A stretch of DNA of 64,000 nt from Octopus sinensis (taxonomy: Eukaryota). Positions within the stretch are counted from its first letter, which is position 1; the number at the start of each line of letters is the position of its first letter. A program made the position numbers and the translations under genes. The DNA is taken from NCBI RefSeq assembly GCF_006345805.1, contig NC_042999.1:76694001-76758000 (forward strand). Direction: 5' to 3'. The notes beneath the pieces were generated by a model. It did no database searches and was not told the DNA's origin. It saw only the letters and a program-made list of their open reading frames with translations. This document shows, piece by piece, positions 51,742 to 64,000 of this stretch.

Positions 51742-53114
51742 TATACACTTTTTTATCCAAGGGGAGGCAATAGGAGCAACAACCACAGGAACAGCACAAA
51801 ATTCAAAGATAGACTAAACACATACAAATCTTATATACTAGTTTATATCTATACAGTCCGACATATTAGAAATTTAAAAATTCAGTAATATATAAGTATC
51901 ATATACAAATAAAAATATAAGTACAAATATAAATATAATATAAATATAAATTTTGCATATAATACGCTTAAAACTGTTAGAATAAGAGGAATAAATATAG
52001 TGATAATAAAATAAAAATATACCATATCAAGACACGAGTAAAATTCCGGCGAATAGTACATAAAATATAATACACATACAAGCTTACAAAAATGGGCCGT
52101 TTCGGGGGATGTGCCAATCAATACTAGATATATCAGTACTTAAAATAGTACTTAAAATTGGCACTCCCTTCGTCAGGATGTCCTATACAACACATATAAA
52201 ATATGAACAAACACACAAATACATAGTCACATACCGGCCATTCTCAGAACACGATATTTACGTACTCCCAGAAAAGTTTTACGTTGATCCTGAATGGAAC
52301 ATAATACGCAAGCCATTCGATACAGTCGCCATAGGAAATTGTATGCACGCAGCGCCATCTGGCCCGTTTCACTTCAGCACTTAATTTATTTTATTTTATT
52401 TTATTCCAATCTTATAAATTCTCCCATACATGCAAAGCCACATACTCAGGTTTGAATCCTCGACTAACAGCTATTTTTCATATAATCACATTACTTTTAT
52501 TTTTTTTCGTTTTTCACTCACTATACTTTCTAAACTTAATTCACTTGTTATTGGTTAGCTCTAACTTTTATAGCTATTTCAATTATCATAAGTTTCATAA
52601 GGCACTGAATAAATATTCCCTGTTTTATCAGAAAGAATGTGTAGATTGGGATCCTCCTTCAGTTTAGCTATTGTATGTTGTAACTGATTTTGGAAAGCAT
52701 TCGAATATCTGGAGTATTTAAGGTTCTTAATCATATATATTAGGTCCTTTTCAAATTTCGCTAAGTCGGGGTTTGGTGGTGCGTTTTTATATGACTTTAA
52801 ATTATAAGATTCCGTATCCTCAGTTTGGTTGGTAATGCTGGTCCTCATGGTTTCGTCCTTCGTCTTCAAGATTCTGGACTTATCAACAAAGAAGGCACGC
52901 CACCTAAGTCTAGATATAAACTCACTGGTCTTATGCAAGAGAGTTTCCATATATAAGATTTGCATGTGTTTGGTCTATCTTTGAATTTTGTGGTGTTCCT
53001 GTGGTTGTTGCTCCTATTGCCTCCCCTTGGATAAAAAAAGTGTATACAGCTCATTGGAGCACTTCTATTTCTAGTCCTTTGTATATCTTGAGTGTTGTTG
53101 TCACTCAAGATATA
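51742..53114 (-). mobile_element. Penelope-like element with inverted terminal repeats, truncated RT N-terminus and hammerhead
   Basis: ORF 52579..52965 has LRWRAFF, PP..DL.KFEKDL, FQNQL and SDKTGNIY, typical of the region before the PLE RT. 51742-51837 is the reverse complement of 52950-53046; (TA)n lies on both outer flanks. Confidence 0.8.
52092..52185 (-). ncRNA. Hammerhead ribozyme core with long stem II, 3' arm absent locally
   Basis: ggacatc-CTGACGA-A-GGGA-GTGCCAAT...ATTGGCAC-a-TCCC-cc-GAAAC-GGCCC; no local GUH or stem I complement follows. Confidence 0.6.
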
Positions 53115-53122
53115 ACTTTATA

Positions 53123-53176
<54 letters not shown>

Positions 53177-53521
53177 GTGTATATCTAAATGTATATGCGC
53201 ATACATACATAAACACACATGTATCACCATGTGTTGCAACCTGCGACATTTGAGCTGAAACACTCAGCGGTATGTACGTCTGCTTGTATTGTTTGCGATA
53301 TGCAGGTAAACGAACGATGAACCAAGTACCACATAAAGTAATAAGATGGATTATATCGACTGAAAACATTGTTTAATGACGGTAAAAGAAAAAAAACGAA
53401 AGAATCAAAGAATGAATGATTTATTCGAACCATGCTCAACTCTGACTGCCATAGCGCTGATAGGATTCCTTATGGACAGGACTCTGTTCTATTGCCGGTA
53501 AAGTTTCTCGTGGCCGTCAGG

Positions 53522-53659
53522 TGAGTAGCTTGGCTCCGGGTTCAGTCACATGGTTCCGTGTTCAGCCACACTGCGTGGCACCTTCGGCAAGTGTTTTCTA
53601 CTATAGCCTCGTGAATGGATTTGGTAGACGGAAACCGAAAGAAGCCCGTCATGTATATA

Positions 53660-53714
<55 letters not shown>

Positions 53715-53940
53715 GCGTGTGTGTGTATCTTTCTATGTTTCTCTCCACCACCACTTGACAACCGCTGTTGGTGTGTTTACATCCCCGTAACTTAGTGGTT
53801 TGGGTAAAGAGACTGATACAATAAGTACAAAGCTTTAAAAATATAAGTTGTGGGATCGACTCATTCGACTACAAATTCTTCAAGGTGGTGCCCAGCAAGG
53901 CCGCAATCTAATAACTGAAACTAGTAAAAGATAAAAGATA
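53522..53940 (+). mobile_element. SINE family A
   Basis: Same head, internal (TA)n and tail as the other copies. Confidence 0.8.
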
Positions 53941-55425
53941 ATACTGCAATTTCTGAGTGAATTTCCATCGTGATTAGACCAAGATTCCGTCAGTGTTAAG
54001 CTTAACTGTGAGATAAATTTCATCAAAACAGCAAGAGGCGAATGGGCAGAGCTGTTAGAGCGCCACGCGGGATGACTTGTGTTATTTGTTCTGGTTCACT
54101 GGCTTCTTCGACCAAATTCCTGCATGACAGGCATGAGTTTAACACAACAGTGTTGCAAGCATTCGAGCTAAAGCCACGATAATAATATACCTTCCTCCTT
54201 TTCTTCGCCAACGTCAGACACTCAGTAAAATGTCGTGGGCATTATAGCTTTAGTTTTAAATATGCATTATTGAAAACAACAAATAATCACAATTTTTAAT
54301 GTTGATTCGGATTGATTTTTCACATTTACTATATTAGAAATTTTATTCGAACCGAAACATGAGGGATTAATTTTAATTATAAAAATTTTCAGAGACTAAA
54401 ACATAACAATTTTCAATAATACTCACAGACACAGAGACACACAAACACACACACACACACAGAGTATTTACTGAAAAGTACAATAACATTCTCTAAGTAT
54501 CCATATAACAGTTTGGTTATATATAAACATAAACGTATGTTGTGGATATGTGTTTTTGTGCTTATATGTGTATGTGTACAAATATAAAAATGTGTGTGTG
54601 TGTGTGAATCAATGTATGTCTGTGTATATGTGTGTGTGTTTTGTGTTGTGTATGTATGTGTATATTATACAGAGACATGCGTGTGAATGTGTATGAGTGT
54701 GAGGTCTTAAATACCATTCTTTATTGCATTTCTATAGAATCTTATATAATAAAATACAATGGGGTTCTCTATCGAAGACAAAAATCTCTAGTATCCATTG
54801 GCAAATTGCTGACTGCAGTACATTATACAATAGCATTGATCAGAGAATGAGTATGTTGATGTTGTGGCAATAGTATAGATACTGATATTGATGATGATGG
54901 TGATGATGAAGTGATGCTGTATTGATGTGATCAGTAGTGATTCTGATGATTGTATCTGTGTTGGTATTGGTGTTGGTGTTGAGAAGCAGGGCGGGAGGAA
55001 ATGGTCATCTTGCAAAAGCTGATTTATAATATAAGAAACACAACTCGAAACATCAATACTCAATCATTGTATTTATTGTTGGAGCATAGCCAGAAATATC
55101 AAAACTAATCAATACAATAGACATCTATAAACTGTGATTATCTCTATGTGATTATCTAACTTCTCTCAGTAAGCAAACTATTCTCATAAAACAGATGCCA
55201 GCAGAGCTATAAAAAGAAACAAAAAGAAATACTCTGAGGAAGGGCAAGGTGGATGTGATGTGTGTTTGTGAGTGTGAGGGGGGTTCGGAATATATATTTT
55301 CTTGGTTTTAAGTTTATAGGACTGTAAGTTATATATAAGAATATTCTGCATAAGAAAGCAATGGAATTTCCGGGTGAAATCTCAATTTTTATGGTTAACT
55401 TTTGTTATTGTCAATATTCTGTCTG

Positions 55426-55498
<73 letters not shown>

Positions 55499-55815
55499 GT
55501 AAGCATTTGTGTGTTGGTGCTTATATATGTTTATGAAGGAGCGTGCATATGTGTAAATAGACACACAAGCTCGCTCGTACACACAGGCACGTGTATATGT
55601 ACGTATATTGAATAAAGTATTTTGTTTTATGTCTTATATAGAGAGTCATATATAAAACCAGTCATATATGAAGACAGTCGTATACAAACATAGATGTTAT
55701 CCAATACATCTAAGTAGGATATCAAAGTTACATTTTTCAAGGAAAAGGTTGACAGTGACTTACAGTGTTCATTTGGCCCGGTTTCGATAGACATGTACTA
55801 AGTGTGTGTGTGCGC

Positions 55816-55849
<34 letters not shown>

Positions 55850-56261
55850 ACGTGCGTGCGTGCGTGTGTGTGTCCAATTGATCGCTCACACAGCTATTAT
55901 GCAGAGTTTGAACACTCACGAATGTAAGTATCAGTATGAATAAGGCCTTCACTGTATTCAAGGTAGGTCCTTATTTGTTATTTGTAAGTTTGATTCTCAT
56001 TGCACTACAAAGGTCACGTGATGAAATGAAACTTATTGCAGACTAATACAATAAGCATCTATGTGAGTGTGTGGGCGTGTGGTGTATGTGCATACGCACA
56101 CACACATACACATTAACAGAATTGGGATTTTAATGTTGTCGCTTATTCAAAAGAACATTACGTCTCTATATTCGATGTAGATAATGTTACGAACATTTGT
56201 CTTAGAGAAATTGAACCTACGAATATTCATATATACAAACATATAAAGGACTGCTGAATAA

Positions 56262-56395
56262 TATAATGGCTTCAAATTCTAGTGCAAGACCAAAAATTTA
56301 AAGGGAGGGTTAAGTCGAATATATCGACCCCAGCGTTAAACTAGTACTCAATTTATCGACCCCGAAAGCATGAAAAGTCAAGTCAACTTTGGCAG
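56262..56395 (-). mobile_element. SINE family B fragment
   Basis: gtcgaatatatcgaccccagc..atttatcgaccccgaaagcatgaaa. Confidence 0.7.
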
Positions 56396-56429
56396 AAGAA
56401 AATCTAGCAATTAATGATTGTTATTATTC

Positions 56430-56790
56430 GAGACAGGGGAGGTGATTGCACTTTTTGGGGAGGTACCCTTTAGGGGTAAGGGTAAATTTGTGGTATTTGT
56501 ATTACGAAGTTATAAATTCGTGAATTAAAATAGTGAAATAAAATATGTATAAAGTTGCTTATGCGTTCATTAATTAAGATATTAACAAAACCCAAAATTG
56601 GTTATGAATTCATATTCAAGGGCGGTTTGTGTTTCCCAATGAATATATTCTCTTTATTTAATTGTTGTTGTATAGAGATTGTTTCCTGACATTGGTAGAT
56701 GGGGAAAATTGTGAATGTTGATTGAAGATTCTTCATACATCTCTCTGTGTTCACTCAAAAGTACCGGCCTATATCTTGGGAAACGAATAT
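56430..56790 (-). mobile_element. Penelope-like GIY-YIG C-terminus plus 3' region
   Basis: TFTIFPIYQCQETISIQQQLNKENIFIGKHKPPLN* fits F.IFP.Y...KE..FI.K.KP.LN. Confidence 0.65.
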
Positions 56791-57132
56791 GCTCCTTATG
56801 CAGTGTAGTTATCTGTCTCAGGGACATACTTGTTTGTCCTATACAGTTTTGTCCACATCCTGAGCAACTTATCGTATAAACTTTTCAATGCAACAGTGAA
56901 ATTGGTCAAGCTTAGATATATGTATAAATATACATATGTATGTATGAGTGCATATAAACATATATGTGTGTGTGTATGTATGTATTTATGCACTTACGTA
57001 TGTATTTATGCATTTGTATATGTATTTATGCATTTACGTTTGTAAGTATGTATGAATGTATTATGTATGTATGCATGTGTGTATTCATGCATGTATATAT
57101 CATGTTTTAACCCAACACTAATTGCTATGAAG

Positions 57133-57446
57133 TGAGGGCGCGTGGCTTAGTGGTTAGGGCATTCGGCTCATGATCGTAAGGTTGTGAGTTCGACTCGGCG
57201 ACGCGTTGTGTCCTTGAGCAAGACACTTTATTTCACGTTGCTCCAGTCCACTCAGCTGGCAAAAATGAGTTGTACTTGTATTTCAAAGGGTCAGCTTGTC
57301 ATCTCTGTGTCACGCTGATTTTCCCGAGAACTACGTTAAGGGTACACGTGTCTGTGGAATGCTCAGCCATTTGCACGTTAATTTCACGAGCAAGCTGTTC
57401 CGTTGATCGTATCAGCTGGGACCCTCGTCGTCGTAACCGGCGGAGT
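57133..57446 (+). mobile_element. tRNA-headed SINE family C
   Basis: A box tggcttagtggtt, B box gagttcgactc, then a CORE-like gtgtccttgagcaagacact segment; not a tRNA gene. Confidence 0.8.
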
Positions 57447-58157
57447 CAAAGAAAAAGAAGAATTGCTATGAATTATATGTTAACACTTTTCATGATCAGA
57501 GTAATCGATGAAAAGGGAATCGTCTTTATTCACTTGGATATAGAAAAAATTGCATGATGCTATACACAAACATTCAGAACTGGATATAATTTCTTACTAT
57601 ATTCTGCTACACAAACACACGCGTACACTCTAACACTTACAAGTATGCATGAAAGCATATACGTATCAATATATATGAAATTATCAACCATCATCATATA
57701 AGCATAGGTATAGTAGTCATGAAAATGTGTCACAGTAATTATTGTTGTATACCCTCCGCCCCAAGTAGTACATAATGCGTGCAATCTGGCTTGAAACCAT
57801 TATAGGAAGATATTAAACCGTACTAATACCAACTGATAAGAAGACAATCTAGCTCTCTCAACCAATTTAGCAAGATAATATCTTCAGTTCTTAGTAAGAC
57901 GATACCATGTAGTATTCTAATAAAACAGTATTTTAGTTTCTTCTCTCCTTCTTGCCAGAATTGTACCTATTCAATTTAAACATCAATCTAGCCTTGACAC
58001 ATCCTGTCGCGTTCACTCGGTCTACGAGCTGCGTTAAGGATACAGGTGTCTATGAAATGTTCAACTGCTTACATACTATTCATTTGTTTACTTAAGATCA
58101 GAATCAATATTTCTATATTTCTATAACGAAAATTTTACCTCTTTTGCCACCACACAG

Positions 58158-58168
58158 AATGTGGCGAG
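58158..58168 (+). CDS. Candidate 11-nt microexon of gene 2 (aatgtggcgag; MWR...)
   Basis: Acceptor ttttacctcttttgccaccacacag|, donor gag|gtgagg; phase joins 58506. Confidence 0.4.
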
Positions 58169-58505
58169 GTGAGGACCTGATCCAGAAGAATTATAGTCAA
58201 GTCATTTATTCTGTTCTGAAATCGTCTTTTTTTTAAGCTATACAGGATCGCATTACCTTATGCATGTCTGCTTCCATTTTTTCAGATGATAGAGAGTGAT
58301 TTTATACAAATTTTCTACAAATTAACAGGGAAATGACCGTGGTAAAAAAAAAATACATCTCCTCTAACTCTCTGCCGTTTCATATGAATGAAGCATTCTC
58401 CATATAAACTTTGTCTCATATATGGTTTTTATTTTTTATAATGCCTTTATATATTAAACTTGATATAACTGAACTGATCCTGAAAATACTCTTTGATTTT
58501 CAAAG

Positions 58506-58548
58506 ATGAAGCAAGAAGGAGTCAAGAAGTGGGCAATTGTTTCCGGAC
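58506..58548 (+). CDS. Candidate exon of gene 2, (D)EARRSQEVGNCFR(T), or a 5' UTR exon
   Basis: Acceptor tttgattttcaaag|, donor ggac|gtaagt with a consensus intronic hexamer; phase 1 to 2, in frame with 61608. Confidence 0.45.
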
Positions 58549-59171
58549 GTAAGTGTGAAGGTGCGCAAAAGTTGTCGGTCCTATGATACCTATTAATTAA
58601 GATGGAGGGAAACGGCAAATGAGTCTCTGATCCCGAGTGGTGAGAATCTTTTCTATGCCACTATGTGTTCAATCGACAAAGCGATTATTCCAACTTCCTT
58701 CTCTTTCTCTTTCTCTCTCTCTAATTCACACAAACATACACACACTTTCACTCCGTCTCTCATTTTCACTTTCTCTAATAGTTCTAGCAGCTCGGTCAAC
58801 TCTCCCTTTTCCTTTCACATGTTGATTTCTCCAAGGGATTGCATTTTACTTTCCTTTTCACTTGACACCAACCTAATGTTGATTTTATTCTTTATCATCT
58901 AGTTTTTATTCTTTATCATCTGGGTGATTTTGTTCTTTAACATCTAGTCCTTCCTGCAATAACACACACACTTAGAAACTCTCAAGCACACTTCTCTTTC
59001 TCTTCCGCCTCCTTCTTTTCTCTTTCTTTGTCCCCCACTACTTCCCCATCCTCCTCCTTCTCATTTCTCATACTACTGCTCCTTATACGCCAAGTCTCAT
59101 GTCAATCTGTATTGAAGGGATTTTTCTTGAATGAAGATATTTTTCTATAAAGAGCAGACATATTTGTAATA

Positions 59172-59226
<55 letters not shown>

Positions 59227-60418
59227 TTTAAACCGGAATAGTAATAGTATTACAACAGTATTAACTAAAGGAGTTATTGGAAATAAGACTCCATTCCTCA
59301 CAGGGAAGAATAATTTCTAATTCATATATTGAGTTTTCTCCTTTCTCATTTTTCTGCTTCCTTTTTATTTTTCTCTTATTTTGTGATTTACTTCATTTAT
59401 ATGTTCACATTATCCTATATTATCCTATAAAGCTACGGTGTAAACATTACTTGATAAAGTGCCGTAAATGAATGCTATAAAGTGTCGTGAATGAACGCCA
59501 TAAAACGGCGTAAAGTGCCATAAAATATAGCGGTAATCAATAATTCATGACAACAGTTCGTAAATTAAGTCAACCATTGCTTATTTAAAGCTGCAATCCC
59601 CACTCAACTCTATTTCATTACGGTAAGATTATATTTCAATTCTGTTTCTCGTTTATTTATCATTTGTTTGGATCGTATATGCGTGTTTACTTGTTTCTAT
59701 AGTTTCCCGATATCCTTTAGTGGCGACTGCCGGAGTATACGTAACAAGCTCCCGATAAACCTAGACTTAGATTCGGGTTCGATTTCCGGTTGCAGTGATT
59801 TCGCTTACTTTATCCGGTGTCCTAATTGCATGAGAAAAGACATAAACATGTCATGACCTCCATACTCTGGATGCTTCCATATGTTTTCTCTACTGGTTAC
59901 TAATCTATATAGTTTCTCTTTAGTGACTATTTGTAAATGGATTATTGTGTAGCAAAAACAGCATAACAAAAAGTAAACCCTCGACTAAGATGAGACTGTA
60001 ATTCGGTTTCAATATTGGCCTAAAGTTATTTCAATGATTTTCACAGTAATAATGTCTCTTGGAATAAAAATGAACGTCAAAACCTTCCCTTTTCTCTTCA
60101 GTTTAAACGCAGAATATTTGAGATTGTCAAAAATGAAAACAGCAGGTGTTGAGGGAAAGGACTAAAGCTGTAGGCGACATGGTTTCAATCCTTAGCCCTA
60201 GCAGCTGAAACATTTCCTTCTACATAACGCTAGAAAGGGTATTCTCGCGACAACATCTCATTTAATTACCTTATCTATTTAAGGTACTTTTATATCTTGA
60301 CTTTTTAGTGTAATTCGTAGAAATGAAATGTTCAAACAAGCTTAGGTGTAAGGTACTAGAATGGCTTTGTGCTATGATACTACGCAATTAACATATTCCA
60401 TCGTCAGCTTCTAATGAT

Positions 60419-60471
<53 letters not shown>

Positions 60472-60539
60472 ACGCGCCTGTATGCTTGTGCATGCGTGCC
60501 TGTATGTGTGCGCGAGTGTGTGAGTGTGTGTGAGAGAGT

Positions 60540-60587
<48 letters not shown>

Positions 60588-61300
60588 AAGAGAGCGAAAT
60601 GTATCTGTTTTATAGATTCCGGATAAATTAACCAATACGGAATTTGAGCATGAAATTTGGAAATTTAAACTAAATAACTATGTTTTACTTTGATACGAAA
60701 CTTCTTTCCTAGCCATGTTTTGTCCGCTCAGTCATTTCGCTAGTATCAACTTCACATCAATATTGATGTAGATTGAAACTTATCAGAGATGCAACTACCG
60801 TATAGTAGTTTTCTATTCCATCTGACATTGTCTGGTTTACTGAAAAATATGTTTTTATAAGCTGAAATTTGAACAAAAGAAAAAAAAAATTAAAAGCATC
60901 ATACAGAGTTGTAAGATTCTAAAAAATAGTGCCTGTAAGGTAATTTATCACAGTCATGTTGCAGATAATTAATAGAAGAAATGAACAGAGAAATAAGACG
61001 AAGACATCAGTTCAAAAGAAGAAGCGATGAACTATGTAATGTCTAAGTGGTTAGATGTAAAGCTTGTTTACTTCTACCATTTTACCAAAATGTACTTATG
61101 CAAACGCAACTATATATATATATTATTATTATTATTATTATCATTATTATTATTATTATTATTGTTGTTGTTGTTGTTGTTGTTGTGGTCGTTGTCGTTG
61201 TTATATATAGATATGTATGCATATGCGCAAACATGTATGTAATATGTTTGCACGCCTGCTCTCTCCCTCCCTCCCCCTCTCTCTCTCTCACTCTCTCTCC

Positions 61301-61331
<31 letters not shown>

Positions 61332-61607
61332 GAGAGAGAGACAGAGAGTGTGTGTGTAAGTGAGAGAGCGAGAGGGAGGAGAGATAAGATTATATATAGT
61401 ATTTGAAAACCAATCTACGTTTGACACGTGGCACCCCGGGCTCCTTCTGTGAAGATCACGAAATATAATGAAATAGTAAATGGGTTATATGCATTCAAAT
61501 TTAACTCCTCCACCTTGTTCAATTGTGCTCTGGTTCGACTATTATATTTTATAATAAATGATGCCAGATTGAAATGTAGTTACACGTCGAGAATATTTTC
61601 ATTGCAG

Positions 61608-61759
61608 CTTTTTACGCATGGAAGTTTTCCCAATACTGTATAGTATCGTTCAGTTGTTACTTGTAGCGGTTTCGTGCTGTAGTACAAGTAGACTTAAAAA
61701 CTCGAGTTATTCTGCAACCACCGACACACGAGGGGACTTCTATGTGCTTGCTTTGCCTG
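61608..61759 (+). CDS. Exon of gene 2 with signal peptide or signal anchor, (T)FLRMEVFPILYSIVQLLLVAVSCCSTSRLKNSSYSATTDTRGDFYVLALP(G)
   Basis: Acceptor tattttcattgcag|, ATG at 61618, hydrophobic stretch, strong donor cctg|gtaaga, phase 1. The gene presumably continues beyond the window. Confidence 0.65.
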
Positions 61760-62845
61760 GTAAGAATAGCAACCAAATTTCAATTAGATCACACTTCTAC
61801 AGCCTTAAAAAGAAAGAACTGGTTCGTTGGATAACGAAGTTGTAATTACATTATGTCAGAAAAAATGGACGAGATACGCACGGTTGAAATAGCTTTCATT
61901 ATAGATCTGGTCGATTAGGGTTGATCAGAGACTAAACGATAATAACAACAAGCTAACGTGAGAGCCTATAAGTATTCGCTCGACCTGGTAGGAATAGTAG
62001 AGAAGTAGCCCTCAAATTACATTCTATCGCCTTAAAAAGGGAAAGATGCAGTGAAGAATGCTATCCCAAATATACTATGCCTAAAATCAATGCAGGGTGA
62101 CTATGACTGGAAAAACCCTGGTTATAAATTTATTCAAGCAGGCCTAAGCCCAAGCTAAATAGCATCAACCCAACTGCTTCGAAACAATGGGTTAGTTTCC
62201 ATGAACTCAACTCAATTTTTCAATGTTTACTGCAAAAGAATCTTTTAGTCTTTAAAACTGGCACCAACCGAGCCAACGAGAATAATTCTAAATAGCGCCT
62301 CATTATGCGCAATATATAAAATGAATTCCTTATAATTTCCCACCGGTTTAAAAAGTTTAACAGCTGAGCAAATGACAGGTTTTCAATATAGTCGCTCTTC
62401 TTTGAAATAGAGACGATATGTGTTAAAGTCTTTAAATCAGAAGACAGTATCTGCCACAATAAATGCGCTTTCGTGCAGATTAGAAATGCTAATCTACTGT
62501 TGTGTTAAGCAACTGTCTCTGTGTCAAAGATATGCTCAATAATAATAAGTCAGCAGTTGAGAAAAATATAAGTTGTTGCTGTTGTTGTTTTGACGTGTCT
62601 ATTAAATATTGTTTGCAAATCAGATTTGAGCTCACTCTAAGAAAATAACTTGGATAAATAAATATATAAATAAACAAACGAATATAAATAAATAAACCGA
62701 TCGATACGGACGCAATAATCAGGAATTTGTTAAAAGCTTCATAACATGATGAAATGCCAAACAAACAGACAAATACATCTTTTTGTTCATTTGCTGGTAT
62801 TATTATTTTGTTGTTGTTGTTGGAATTATTTTGTTGTTAATAATG

Positions 62846-62909
<64 letters not shown>

Positions 62910-63559
62910 CATCATGGTCTGCTTAACAGACTTCGTAATTTTTCCGCGTTGCAGACAATCTTCATTTCAATTGCAAGAGTTTTTATTTCTTTTTTTTCTT
63001 AAATTTATTAAATAATCAGGTGTTAGTTTATTGTGTAAAAGTGAAAGACTAGAAAATTAAGTGTCAATTTTTTGTATCAACAACTTAATCCTATGTAATA
63101 ATGTTTTATCGACAAAATTGCGACCGACTGATTGTAAATTGTTTAAAAATTTAGAAGACATTCATTGAATGTCTTCTAAATTCTAAACAGTTTAGAGTTT
63201 GCTACGGATTTTAAATTGATAAATATTTATTTGCCATGATAACAGACGTTTCTTAGTTTGAGTTGTGAAGGATTTCAAAGAATTGTTTATTAGCAGGCTC
63301 CAAAAATAGTAGCCAAATCTTCCTCGTTTCACATTACCATTTTCAAGCAGAAAGGATGTATCGTATAATGTTTATGAAAGAATGGCTGAAAGGTCATAGC
63401 TGGGACGTTTTGGGCCATAAATTTGCTCAGTCGCAGCTGAACAACAAGAATAATTCCTACCAGCGAGAATAACTACTACCAGTAAATATAACAACTACTA
63501 CTGCTGCTACTGCTGCTGCTACTGCTGCTGCTGCTACAACTGTTTTTACTACTTCGGTT

Positions 63560-63760
63560 TGTGCTCGACTGGGAACTGAAATCTAAACCCATTGCCCACA
63601 ATCCCCAATCATTAAAAAAAGAAAAACAGTTTAAAACATTGTAAGGTATATTTGCCATCTCAATATGGCTAACCACTAAAGGTGGGTGTTACTGTAGCTT
63701 GTAGCCCCAGGAGAACATCTCCTCCAGCTGGCTTTAGGCACACTTAAAACAGTTTAAAAC
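63560..63760 (+). mobile_element. Probable LINE 3' end or UTR relic
   Basis: Weak similarity to the end of the 38872 fragment. Confidence 0.3.
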
Positions 63761-64000
63761 AGTAATTAAGAAATCAGTAGACATGAGTATAGAAAAGGGG
63801 TGGTGTACTGAATGACACAGGCAAAACATTCTTTATTCAGTGAAATTTGCGCTTAAGTTGAGGAAGAAAAGGAAAACCTAGCAGCAATTGTTAGGCAACC
63901 CCAAATTAAGAGGGGGATGATTTGAAGAAATTAATTCTTATAAATTATAATATTCATATTTAGGTGAAAATCTGAGATAATTGGGAACTAAATCATACAT

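Noticed and set aside
57133-57215. tRNA gene
   Set aside because: A and B boxes are present, but no acceptor stem closes and a SINE body follows.

Overview
AT-rich, microsatellite-saturated animal DNA. The SINE families and repeat density suggest a coleoid cephalopod, probably Octopus (inference from recalled repeat families, not a database match). Almost all ORFs in the supplied track are translations of simple repeats. Reading splice signals directly gives two candidate plus-strand genes that the track misses. Gene 1 is a chain of ten tiny phase-compatible exons (21-91 nt) from the window edge to a stop at 42583, ending in ...DKVAALADLITV*; its family is not recognised. Gene 2 is the 5' part of a probable secreted or membrane protein (11-nt microexon, 43-nt exon, signal-peptide exon at 61608-61759). 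The rest is mobile DNA: three R4/Dong-type LINE relics, RTE and CR1/L2-type 3' ends, about six Penelope-like pieces (several with hammerhead-ribozyme cores), a non-autonomous Helentron-like element, hAT MITE ends and four SINE families, including a SINE trimer inside one target-site duplication. The most unusual object is a Penelope-like unit at 51742-53114, with 96-bp terminal inverted repeats, a terminal hairpin and a hammerhead whose missing arms seem to lie about 190 nt upstream on the same strand. No rRNA, tRNA gene or CRISPR array was found. All calls were made by eye; no searches were run.
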